From an uncultured Desulfobacteraceae bacterium (GTDB lineage Bacteria; Desulfobacterota; Desulfobacteria; Desulfobacterales; UBA5852): a stretch of 64,000 bases of DNA. Both the position numbers and the translations under genes were made by a program. Positions 37,323 through 45,978 of the stretch are shown here, in pieces (position 1 is the stretch's first letter; each line of letters begins with the position of its first letter). Under the pieces are notes generated by a model. The model was not told where the DNA came from. It ran no database searches and saw nothing but the letters and a program-made list of their open reading frames with translations. The DNA lies in the NCBI GenBank assembly GCA_913060875.1, contig CAJXSL010000003.1:85045-149044 (forward strand). The letters run 5' to 3'.

Positions 37323-38441
37323 TTAGCGTTTCCGCCTTTCTTTGTTCATGGCTTTGATTTTCACGGCGACATCCTTCCAGCGCTCTTTTTCCACCCGGTC
37401 GGCACTCTTGCTCTGCCGGTCGGACAGGTAGGCCAGCTCGCGTTTCAATTTTTGGTAGCTTTCCAGCCGGCCCGGGGAAACCCGTCCTTCCGCGACGGCC
37501 TGCAGCACCCGGCAGCCTGGTTCGTGTGTGTGGCTGCAATCGGAAAAGCGGCAGGCACCGGCCAGCTCCTCGATCTCCGGGAAAGCGTTCCCAACGCCTT
37601 CGCCCGTGTCCCAGAAGGCAATCTCCCGGATGCCCGGGTTGTCGATCACCATTCCCCCCTGGGGCATCACGATCAGATCCCGTGTGGTTGTGGTATGCCG
37701 GCCCTTGCCCCCATGTGCGCTGACCGAAGCGGTCGCCTGCACATCCCGGCCGCAGAGCCGATTCACCAGGGTGGACTTGCCGGCACCGGAAGAGCCTACC
37801 ATGGTGGCGGTCTGGCCTGGTGCCAGATAAGGCGCCAGGGCGGTCAGCCCGGCGTCGTCCAATGCCGAGACCAGGTGGACCGGAACCCCGAAGGCAACAC
37901 TTTCGACGTCACCTACGAAAGCGTCCGGATTCCGGTGAAGGTCCGCTTTGGTGAGAATGATGACAGGATTCAGGCCGCAGTTGTAGACCAGGGTCAAATA
38001 GCGTTCGATGCGACGCAGGTTGAAATCCCGGTCCAGACCGCAAACGATAAAGACGGTATCGAGATTGGCGGCGATAATTTGTTCTTTCCGGGGCTGGGCA
38101 TCCTGTCTGCTGCGGGTCCCCGCCGCCCCGCGGGACAAGGCATTTTGGCGGGCCAGCACTTTCACGATCATGGAATCCGTCACGAGGACCCAGTCCCCTG
38201 TGACCGGAAACGTGCCATCGACACCGTGCCCGATCCGGCCCGCCACGGTCGCCAGCCATTCTGACTTTCCGTTGCTGACCTGAAAGGTGTTTTTCCCAAC
38301 CCCGGCGACTCTGGCCGGGATCCATCCGTCCTGGCCCACCGTTTCCAGTTGGGCCTGAAAATGCTGCGACCATCCCATCTTAAAAAGATGCGGGTTGGAA
38401 TTGTAATTATTTATCTTGTCTCCATGCGGATTGGTGATCAT
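37323..38441 (-). CDS. rsgA: Ribosome small-subunit-dependent GTPase A
   Basis: Circularly permuted GTPase motifs (ILTKADL, GSSGAGKSTLVNRL) and a zinc knuckle (CRFSDCSHTHEPGC). An alternative start at 38378 is possible. Confidence 0.9.
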   Translation of the reverse strand: MITNPHGDKINNYNSNPHLFKMGWSQHFQAQLETVGQDGWIPARVAGVGKNTFQVSNGKSEWLATVAGRIGHGVDGTFPVTGDWVLVTDSMIVKVLARQNALSRGAAGTRSRQDAQPRKEQIIAANLDTVFIVCGLDRDFNLRRIERYLTLVYNCGLNPVIILTKADLHRNPDAFVGDVESVAFGVPVHLVSALDDAGLTALAPYLAPGQTATMVGSSGAGKSTLVNRLCGRDVQATASVSAHGGKGRHTTTTRDLIVMPQGGMVIDNPGIREIAFWDTGEGVGNAFPEIEELAGACRFSDCSHTHEPGCRVLQAVAEGRVSPGRLESYQKLKRELAYLSDRQSKSADRVEKERWKDVAVKIKAMNKERRKR

Positions 38442-39053
38442 GGTTGTGCTCCCTTTGTGGCTATCCTAAAGCGGTGTGGCTGGCACATGCCGCCCTATAC
38501 GTGCGCACGGGCCACCGGTAATCGCAATAATCGAATAATTTTATAGTTGAGGAAGCGTTGCCGAGGGAGAAAACACCGCTAGTGGCGGCCCACCACAGGG
38601 GGGCCGTTGGGGAACAAACCAGGCAAAACCGGTCTGCTTTAAAACGGAAAAACTTGCAGGACCTGAGGCGGTGCTGCGATCAATCAGCCACCGGCGGGTT
38701 GGTTCCCTTGTCGGCAACGATTGACACAATATCCATTGATGTTCTGAACAAAAAAACCCCTTTCACGTGTTTTAAACCAAGACGGCTTTCATAGGCAATT
38801 CAACTAGGCGCTGTCAAGCGCCTTTCCCTCGGGGAAGGCTTGAAAACCGTTTGGGTGCTTTTGGTTGTGGGCTTTCTATTTGTTCCGCAGAGACGAACGC
38901 GAGTCCCTATCCTTTTTCTCCTTGCTTTTCCCTCCTCCTTGTCACTATAACCTCCCCTGACATATGGGTTATATCCCATTTTTTAACGTTGATACACAAT
39001 GAAGGATCCGGGTGTTGGCGTGAAATGCTAAACCAATTTAAAAAGGGGCTGAC

Positions 39054-39500
39054 ATGGCCGCAAAAACCAACATTGGCATCATCATCTGTGACCGCTACCG
39101 CCGGTGTGCCGGCGGGAAATGTTTCCGATCGTTGCGCAACCGCGAGGGGGCTTTTTCCCGCTACATGGATGTAGACGTGGCAGTTGTCGGGTATACGACA
39201 TGCGATGGTTGCCCGGGTGGCAATGTGGAATATGCCGTGGATGAAATGAAGGGTAACGGCGCCGAGGTGATCCATCTTGCCACGGGACTCGTGGTAGGGT
39301 ATCCCCCCTGTCCTCATATCACCTATTTTCACGACTTCATTACCAAACGATACGGGCTTGAAGTCGTTTACGGCACGCATCCCATACCGGAAAAATATCT
39401 CGAGATGCATGATCAGCTGGGAACATGGGATAATCCCCAGTGGCAAAAAATCATTCGACCGACATTGGCGGATGAAAAGGTGCGGGTATCCTATAACTAG
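39054..39500 (+). CDS. CGGC-domain protein
   Basis: 148 aa reading IGIIICDRYRRCAGGKCFRSL...VVGYTTCDGCPGGNVEYAV...GYPPCPH. The stop codon TAG at 39498..39500 directly abuts the MITE copy. Confidence 0.8.
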   Translation: MAAKTNIGIIICDRYRRCAGGKCFRSLRNREGAFSRYMDVDVAVVGYTTCDGCPGGNVEYAVDEMKGNGAEVIHLATGLVVGYPPCPHITYFHDFITKRYGLEVVYGTHPIPEKYLEMHDQLGTWDNPQWQKIIRPTLADEKVRVSYN

Positions 39501-39640
39501 TGTCCATCCATAAATGGTAGATTTTGGTTCCTGGCAAGGCCCGAGCGCGTTTTCAACCGGAGGAATAGCCCGCTATTTCGAGGATTGAAAACGAGCGAGA
39601 ACGCCGCCAGGGGCCGAAAGATGCCGTTTATGGATGGGCA
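39501..39640. mobile_element. MITE-like element, copy 2 (140 bp)
   Basis: The ends are tgtccatccataaatgg and ccgtttatggatgggca. The flanking taactag is repeated at 39494..39500 and 39642..39648. It is collinear with copy 1 minus the 67-bp internal segment. Confidence 0.7.
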
Positions 39641-40015
39641 CTAACTAGCCGACAAACCGATTAAACATGACATCGCCCCTGAGTCTACGGGGCGCCAGAC
39701 ACACAAAACCATGAAAAACGCTAAAGCCCACGCCAAACGCAGAAAACGATGCCCATGCTGGTGGACGGGATCGTAATCCTTTCTTTCAATCCCATATCCA
39801 TATTCCTGTCGCTATAATCGCTAAACACCTAGTTGTCCGAATTCAGACGAATTCGTAGACATTCGGAATACGGCTGCCGACGGCCTGGGCGTCCTGTTAT
39901 CGGGGGTGCTCTGCGCGGCGTACCATGATGGCGCAGCCATACCATCGCACGCAACCGAACGCCGCTATCAGGCCGTTGACGACACCGTCTGCATTGAAAG
40001 AAAGGATGCTTCATA

Positions 40016-40846
40016 ATGGAAATTGGTTCAGCTCAAATCATCGCCCTCCTGGTCACCGGCATCGGTGTTGGCTTCGCTTCCGGGCTATTGGGGGTCGGCG
40101 GATGCTTTATCATGGTGCCCGTGCAATTCTGGGCCCTTACCTCCATCGGCATCGATCCGACGATTGCCATCCGGATCGCCTTTGGGACCAACCTGGCTGT
40201 CGTGCTCCCCACGGCCATCAGCGGGTCTGCAGGGCACCACCGCAAAAAGGCCGTTTTATGGAAAGCAGGTGTTGTCCTGGGATTGTCAGGACTTGTCGGT
40301 GCCTTTATAGGCGGCTTTTTTGCGGCCCACCTGCCTGGCCAGCTGCTTAAAATCGGATTTGGCCTGGCCATTCTGGCCGGCGCCGTCCGGATGCTGACGG
40401 CCAAACCGCCCAAGATCGAAAAAGACCCCGTGGAGAATAATCTGGTCTACGTCCTGTGGGGCTTTCCCCTGGGCATCGTCTCGGGCATTATCGGCATCGG
40501 TGGCGGGGTCCTGATGATTCCCGTCATGGTCCTGGCCCTGCGGTTCAAGATGCATCAAGCCGTGGGAACGGCAACGGCCCTGATGATCTTTGCCGCCTTC
40601 GGCGGGACACTTTCCTACCTGTTCAACGGCCTGCATGTGGCCGGATTGCCGCCCTACTCCATCGGCTATGTCAACCTGCTGCAATGGGTTTTACTGGCCG
40701 GCACCAGCGTCCCCATGGCCCAGGTCGGGGCCCGGGCCGCCCACAAACTGCCGGCCAAGCAGCTCAAAAACATCTTTATCGCCGTGATGATCTACATGGG
40801 CCTGAAAATGACGGGCGTTTTCGCCTGGCTGCATCTGCCGCTCTAG
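40016..40846 (+). CDS. TauE/SafE-family (TSUP) anion exporter membrane protein
   Basis: 276 aa with about 8 TM helices and a duplicated GxGGG-containing half structure (GLLGVGGCFIMVP; IGIGGGVLMIPVM). Confidence 0.9.
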   Translation: MEIGSAQIIALLVTGIGVGFASGLLGVGGCFIMVPVQFWALTSIGIDPTIAIRIAFGTNLAVVLPTAISGSAGHHRKKAVLWKAGVVLGLSGLVGAFIGGFFAAHLPGQLLKIGFGLAILAGAVRMLTAKPPKIEKDPVENNLVYVLWGFPLGIVSGIIGIGGGVLMIPVMVLALRFKMHQAVGTATALMIFAAFGGTLSYLFNGLHVAGLPPYSIGYVNLLQWVLLAGTSVPMAQVGARAAHKLPAKQLKNIFIAVMIYMGLKMTGVFAWLHLPL

Positions 40847-41011
40847 GATAGTTTCTGAAAGCCTCTAACCGGCATTTGATGATCCCTCGTTCCCATTCCG
40901 GCGCCGGCCGGGTTCCCCTGACAACCAAACGGTTGGCTGGAAGATCCCGGCTGGCGGGATTGTGACAAAATGTAGCGACAACAAATCCCAAAGCTTTCAT
41001 CATTCCGGATG

Positions 41012-41074
41012 CGAGATGGAATCTCTCACGATTCCATCTCGTTGAACCACGAGATGCCGGATCAGATCCGGCAT
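41012..41074. repeat. Two REP-like perfect hairpins
   Basis: cgagatggaatc/gattccatctcg forms a 12-bp stem (41012..41041). atgccggat/atccggcat forms a 9-bp stem (41054..41074). Confidence 0.5.
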
Positions 41075-41371
41075 GACAGGCAAAAAAGGGATGCTTTGCC
41101 GCACTGTAACGAATCCTCTTCCGCCGGGATGGCCCGGAGGTGAACCGTTCGTTGCCGTATTGATGTATTCCAATCAATGGGCGTATCGGCGTTGACGCCG
41201 CCGATGTGTGCTATAGACTTTCAATAGGCCCGCCCATGCCTTCCACAGACCATCCAGGCCACGGCGCTTACCATGAAGCGTAAGAAAGGCGCGTCTGTTT
41301 TGGACGGGTAAACCGTCGTGTCCTTCCTGGCGGCTTCACGTTCACATAAACCTGACACAGGTGAGGAGAAA

Positions 41372-41893
41372 ATGATGGAACTCAAGGGAAAGAAAATCAT
41401 TATCCTGATCGAAAATATGTATAACGAATTCGAATACTGGTATCCCTACTACCGCCTGAAGGAGGCCGGGGCCGAGGTGGTCACGGCCGGGACCGGGAGC
41501 CGGCAGTACACCAGCAAATCCGGTCTGCCGGCCAAGGCGGATGCCGATGCGAAAAACCTGACCGCCGCCGATTTTGACGGCATCGTCATTCCCGGAGGCT
41601 ATGCGCCGGATCTCATGCGCCGCAACCCTGACATGGTGCGGCTGGTCAAAGACACCTTCGATGCCGGGAAAATCGTGGCCGCCATCTGCCACGCCGGCTG
41701 GATGCTGGCCTCCGCCAAAATTCTGGCCAACCGGCGCGTCACCTCCTTTTTTGCCATCAAGGACGATCTGATTCACGCCGGAGCGGACTGGACGGATGCG
41801 GAAGTCGTCATCGACGGCAATCTCATCACAAGCCGGACGCCGGATGACCTGCCCGCTTTCATGAAAGCGGTGATTGCCGCCTTGGCAGGGTGA
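41372..41893 (+). CDS. DJ-1/PfpI-family protein (type 1 glutamine amidotransferase-like)
   Basis: Nucleophile elbow AAICHAGWML plus DGIVIPGGYAPD. I prefer the start at MMELKGKK with RBS ggtgaggag. Confidence 0.9.
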   Translation: MMELKGKKIIILIENMYNEFEYWYPYYRLKEAGAEVVTAGTGSRQYTSKSGLPAKADADAKNLTAADFDGIVIPGGYAPDLMRRNPDMVRLVKDTFDAGKIVAAICHAGWMLASAKILANRRVTSFFAIKDDLIHAGADWTDAEVVIDGNLITSRTPDDLPAFMKAVIAALAG

Positions 41894-41956
41894 TCGTCCG
41901 ACACACGGTTCGAATTGCCCTATCCCGTCGCATTGACAGGTAAACCTGCCGCCGTC

Positions 41957-42029
41957 ATCCCGGCGAAAGCCGGGATCTCCTTGCCAACCCCATTCTTTTT
42001 TTATTACATTCCTGATCATGTCCGGAATG
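41957..42029. repeat. REP-like hairpins of the gtcatcccggcgaaagccgggat type
   Basis: atcccggc gaaa gccgggat (41957..41976) and cattcc...ggaatg (42007..42029). Related cattccgg motifs occur at about 41001. Confidence 0.45.
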
Positions 42030-42171
42030 ACAGATAACAGGCCTTACACCAGGCCGTCTTTTCTTTCCACGTGAAAGAAAACGAAAAAAACCAAAACTTC
42101 CATCCGTCCATCCGAATTTAAAAAGCAACTGTGTTGATTTACGGGCCTCGATCAGGAAGGAGCACATCCCC

Positions 42172-43101
42172 ATGTCACGGTTTCAAAAACGGCACTCCCT
42201 CTACCTGGTGTTATGCATCGGTATCGCCTTGCTCGACTTCACCTGGATCAACAAAGCCAACCAGACCTATGCCAAGGACTATCTCAACGAAAGCATTGCC
42301 CTATCGGCCGCGACATACGCCACCTGCCGCATCATCAACGGCGGTGTGTCTTCCATCCAGGAGTCGAGCATCAACATCAGTCCCTGGGGGATCGGGCTCG
42401 AATACGAGGCCGGACAGATTCTCGATCCCATTAACGACGCCACCGAGCGCTTGAGCGATGCCTGCGTCAAGTCCATGGCATTGCTCGGCGTTCAGCGCCT
42501 GCTGCTCTCGGCCATCAACACCTACACCATCGTCCCCTTCTATGGACTGCTCGCCTTGCTCTTTGTTTCGTTATGCTTCCGGAAAACGACCGAGATGACC
42601 TATCTCCTGAGCCGCGGCGCAGTACTGCTTCTCTTGATTCGCCTGGCCACGCCGGTGATGTGCTGCGTGGGCACCCAGGTCAACGACGCCTATTTCATCC
42701 CCCAAATGGATGCGCAGCAGGCCCGCCTCGTCATGGTCAAAGAAATTGCCATGGCAGAATTCGAGGCTGAAATCCCGGCGGTTTCCCTGGAGGACCATGA
42801 GGCCGACGGGGTCCTGGAATCCATTTCCCAGTTTTTCATCTATTTCAAGAACAAGCTCGTGGAATTCTCCGCCCTCACCCGGCACCGCGCCGCCTCCCTG
42901 GCCAGCGCCGTGGTGTACCTGAAGACCCACTTTGTCGACATTACCGAAAGCTTGGCGTTTCTTTTCGTCCTGGTCATCGAAAAGATCATTCTGCACGTTT
43001 TTCTGATCCCTTTATTGCTGTTCGGATCCCTGTACAAAATATTCGGCTATCTTGCGGGGGAGCGCTTTGAAAAGCTTGTTGTGCAACTCAAGGGCGCATA
43101 G
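42172..43101 (+). CDS. Hypothetical membrane protein
   Basis: 309 aa with a good RBS (aggaaggag) and at least 4 hydrophobic segments. I recognise no family. Confidence 0.6.
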   Translation: MSRFQKRHSLYLVLCIGIALLDFTWINKANQTYAKDYLNESIALSAATYATCRIINGGVSSIQESSINISPWGIGLEYEAGQILDPINDATERLSDACVKSMALLGVQRLLLSAINTYTIVPFYGLLALLFVSLCFRKTTEMTYLLSRGAVLLLLIRLATPVMCCVGTQVNDAYFIPQMDAQQARLVMVKEIAMAEFEAEIPAVSLEDHEADGVLESISQFFIYFKNKLVEFSALTRHRAASLASAVVYLKTHFVDITESLAFLFVLVIEKIILHVFLIPLLLFGSLYKIFGYLAGERFEKLVVQLKGA

Positions 43102-43188
43102 TTGTTGTGCTGGATGCCGACATTGATGACGATCAAAATCGTAGGTTTTTTCCCGATGGTATTTGAATCGCCTTAGAGGGAGATCATC

Positions 43189-44358
43189 ATGGCTAAACTG
43201 GAAACACGGCTCAAATCCCTGGCGGCCCGCCTGGGGGCCGACCTGGTGGGCATTACCACCCGGGACACTATGGCGGACGGGCCGCCGTCCGCCGACCCGC
43301 GCTACCTCCTCCCGTCGGCCCGATCGGTGATTGCCTTCGCACGCGCCCTGGACAGGGACGCCGTGGCGGACTTCATCCGCAAAAAACGCTGGCAGCCCCA
43401 TTGCGACAACCGCAAAACCGTTGTCCGGGACCTGTATACCATCGGCGACGGACTGGCCGAACAGTTGCGCTCCGAGGGGCACGACGCCGTCAACGTCGAC
43501 ATCAACAACAACTACCGGCCTGAAGAAAGGGCCGCCGACGTGACGGAGATGACCGCCTTCCACCCGGAATTCGCCCACCGCTATGCCGCCCTGGCCGGCG
43601 GCATCGGACGCCTGGGCTGGAGCGGCAACCTCCTCACCCGGGAATTTGGCGCCCTGGTGGAGCTGGGCAGTGTCCTGACCTCCGCCGAACTGATGCCGGA
43701 CAGCCCCATTCCGGACGAAGCGCACCCCTGCGATCGCTGCAAGATGTGCACCCTGGTATGCCCCGTGGAAATGATTCACCCCCGGGACGAAACCCGGGTG
43801 ACCGTTGCCGGCATCACCGAAACCATCGCCCGCAAGCAGCCCAACACCTGCTGCTGGATCGGCTGCAGCGGCTACGAGGGGTTGGACCGGTCCGGCGCCT
43901 GGTCCAACTGGAGCCCCTACCGACTCGGCCGCCCGCTGCCCAAAGAAAAACACGAACTCGACGCCCTCTGCATCCGCCTGCAGAAAGCCGACCCCCAGAT
44001 GCAGGCCGACATCAGCGGTTTTGCCGACTACCGGCAGGCGGTCTTCGATCCGGGCTGGTTCTATTACACCGTCTGCGGGTTCTGCCGCTGCGTCTGCATG
44101 CCCCGGCGGGAAGACCGCCTTGCCAACCGCAAGGCCATCGTCAATTCAGGCACGGTTGCGTTGAGACGCGACGGCGCCCACACGGTGGCCGACGCAACCG
44201 CCATGGAGGTGCCAACGCCCTTTAACCTGAACGTGGTGGTCCCGCGGAATGAATTTTCCAGGGAGAAATCCGGGATCCGGCCATGGCCGGACCAGTTTCC
44301 CCTCGACCGTGAAGTGATCGCCTATCTGGACCGGCAGGCCCATGCATCGGAGGGATAA
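43189..44358 (+). CDS. QueG / reductive-dehalogenase-related 4Fe-4S protein
   Basis: The N-terminus LKSLAARLGADLVGITT...LLPSARSVIAFA resembles QueG-type N-termini. It also has the ferredoxin motif CDRCKMCTLVCP and extra Cys clusters (CCWIGCSGY, CGFCRCVC). Confidence 0.6.
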   Translation: MAKLETRLKSLAARLGADLVGITTRDTMADGPPSADPRYLLPSARSVIAFARALDRDAVADFIRKKRWQPHCDNRKTVVRDLYTIGDGLAEQLRSEGHDAVNVDINNNYRPEERAADVTEMTAFHPEFAHRYAALAGGIGRLGWSGNLLTREFGALVELGSVLTSAELMPDSPIPDEAHPCDRCKMCTLVCPVEMIHPRDETRVTVAGITETIARKQPNTCCWIGCSGYEGLDRSGAWSNWSPYRLGRPLPKEKHELDALCIRLQKADPQMQADISGFADYRQAVFDPGWFYYTVCGFCRCVCMPRREDRLANRKAIVNSGTVALRRDGAHTVADATAMEVPTPFNLNVVVPRNEFSREKSGIRPWPDQFPLDREVIAYLDRQAHASEG

Positions 44359-44359
44359 A

Positions 44360-44854
44360 ATGACCATTGTCAGCACCCGCCCGGAAGACGCTGATCGTAT
44401 CGCCGCGATCATCCGGGCATCCCATCAGGATGTGGCGCAGATGTTCCACATCACCCGGGACAATAACCCCAAACACCCCTCCTTCTGCACCCGGGACTGG
44501 GTGCTGGCCGATTTTGAGCGGGGAGAAGAATATTTCCTTTACGAAACCGGAAGCAGAACGGCCGGCTGTGTCGCCTTCGAACAACCTGATTCGGAAACGG
44601 CCTACTTGAACCGGCTTTCCGTATTGCCGTCCTGCCGCCAAAGGGGCATCGGCGCCGCCCTGGTCCGGTTCATCATCGACTACGCCCGGTCGAAACGGGT
44701 GCGGACCATCAGTATCGGCATCATCGCGGCCCATGCGGCCTTGAAAAACTGGTATGCCGGGTTAGGATTTATTGAAAAAGAAACCCGCCAATTCAACCAT
44801 CTGCCGTTTGATGTGACCTACATGCACTTATGTCTTAACGAACGTGCAATATAG
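44360..44854 (+). CDS. GNAT-family N-acetyltransferase
   Basis: The ATG is 1 nt after the upstream stop, suggesting translational coupling. Acetyl-CoA motif: CRQRGIGAALVRFIIDYARSKRV. Confidence 0.8.
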   Translation: MTIVSTRPEDADRIAAIIRASHQDVAQMFHITRDNNPKHPSFCTRDWVLADFERGEEYFLYETGSRTAGCVAFEQPDSETAYLNRLSVLPSCRQRGIGAALVRFIIDYARSKRVRTISIGIIAAHAALKNWYAGLGFIEKETRQFNHLPFDVTYMHLCLNERAI

Positions 44855-45066
44855 TCGATTACCCTCCAAGACGCTGTATTTGTCTGTAAATTTGCAAAAA
44901 TAAATATAATCGCTTGCTTTATGCCCCAGGAAAGCCTATCGTTATGCAAATCAACAAGGTTCATCCGCCTGGGTGAACCAGGAGCATTCTGAAGGAACAC
45001 CCCATTGATCCAGATGGCATCCTCCAGCAGGCGACGTTGAAAATTTTAAGAAAGGAGGATGGTATC

Positions 45067-45267
45067 ATGGCCAATGGCACAGTAAAGTGGTTCAACGATC
45101 AAAAAGGATTCGGATTCATCGAGCAGGAAGACGGACCGGACGTATTCGTCCATCATTCCGCCATCAATGCGACCGGATTCAAATCCCTCAGCGAGGGCGA
45201 CCAGGTAACATTTGACGTCCAGCAGGGCCCCAAGGGCCCGGCAGCCGCCAATGTAACAGTCGTCTAG
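45067..45267 (+). CDS. csp: Cold-shock protein (CspA family)
   Basis: [33 protein letters not shown] contains the RNP1 and RNP2 motifs. The RBS aaaggagg lies upstream. Confidence 0.95.
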   Translation: MANGTVKWFNDQKGFGFIEQEDGPDVFVHHSAINATGFKSLSEGDQVTFDVQQGPKGPAAANVTVV

Positions 45268-45285
45268 TTAGACCCCTGATACAGA

Positions 45286-45329
45286 AGAGGCATTTCTTCG
45301 TCTAGCGGAGAAATGCCTCTTTTATTTTT
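45286..45329 (+). terminator. Rho-independent terminator after csp
   Basis: agaggcatttc pairs with gaaatgcctct (11-bp stem), followed by ttttattttt. Confidence 0.8.
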
Positions 45330-45368
45330 ACCCCTGTATCGCAATCCGATGGAAAAGGAGGCCCTCCT

Positions 45369-45587
45369 GTGGCCAAAAGTCATTTCTCGTTCAAAAAACG
45401 TCAGAAGGAACTGGCACGCCAGAAAAAGCAGGAAGAAAAACGGCAGCGCCGCCTGGCCAAAAAGGCCGGGGATCAAGAAGATGATTCAATAGAAGCCGAG
45501 GAAATCGACGCCAATGGCGCTCCGGCGGAACCGCTGGAAACCAGCGAAGAGCCGGAGACCGGTCCGGACAATCCAGTGGCTTCCTAA
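45369..45587 (+). CDS. Small highly charged protein (basic N-terminus, acidic C-terminus), hypothetical
   Basis: GTG start with aaggagg a few nt upstream. The sequence reads SHFSFKKRQKELARQKKQEEKRQRRLAKKAG followed by an acidic tail. Low-complexity composition makes the call uncertain. Confidence 0.45.
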   Translation: MAKSHFSFKKRQKELARQKKQEEKRQRRLAKKAGDQEDDSIEAEEIDANGAPAEPLETSEEPETGPDNPVAS

Positions 45588-45978
45588 ACTGGACACAGCA
45601 CCCCGCGGCCATGGGTTGCGGGCCGCTTGGCGGTAAACCCCGTGCAACGCCGCACCATAGCATCTTTTCCGGCGGTGGACCAATTCGGTTGGATGCCGTT
45701 GCGGCCAGGGGTTGCCATCCGGCCGGCATGGTTCATCTTGGTATTGATGGTCATTCCCATCCACACGCCTTCCACACGATCAAAAATAGTTCCGCCATTC
45801 CCTGGCATGATCCCAGCCACAGCTATTCCCGTAACGGTCGTCTGGCCGATAAAACAGGCTTTGGTCTTATAAGCAATCGCCCTTACCGTGCCTCAGCCAG
45901 CACCTGGACCTGCCGCCACTTGGAAGGGACCGCCATCTGCGCTCCTCCGGGAAAAGGTGACAGACCCCGGGAAATTGT

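Noticed and set aside
39900-40015. Possible fluoride or other riboswitch upstream of the TauE/SafE exporter
   Set aside because: Only partial resemblance (AUGGC...CCAU, AACCG, UGACGA). The conserved GAUGG / CUGAUGAUGCCUAC-type elements are not matched, and TauE is not a typical regulated gene for that class.
45588-45978. ORFs 45611..45982 (+) and 45584..45820 (-) in the gap after the small charged protein
   Set aside because: Neither has a convincing start or RBS. The minus frame (…GQTTVTGIAVAGIMPGNGGTIFDRVEG…) is open for about 100 codons without an ATG and could be a gene remnant, but I cannot assign it.
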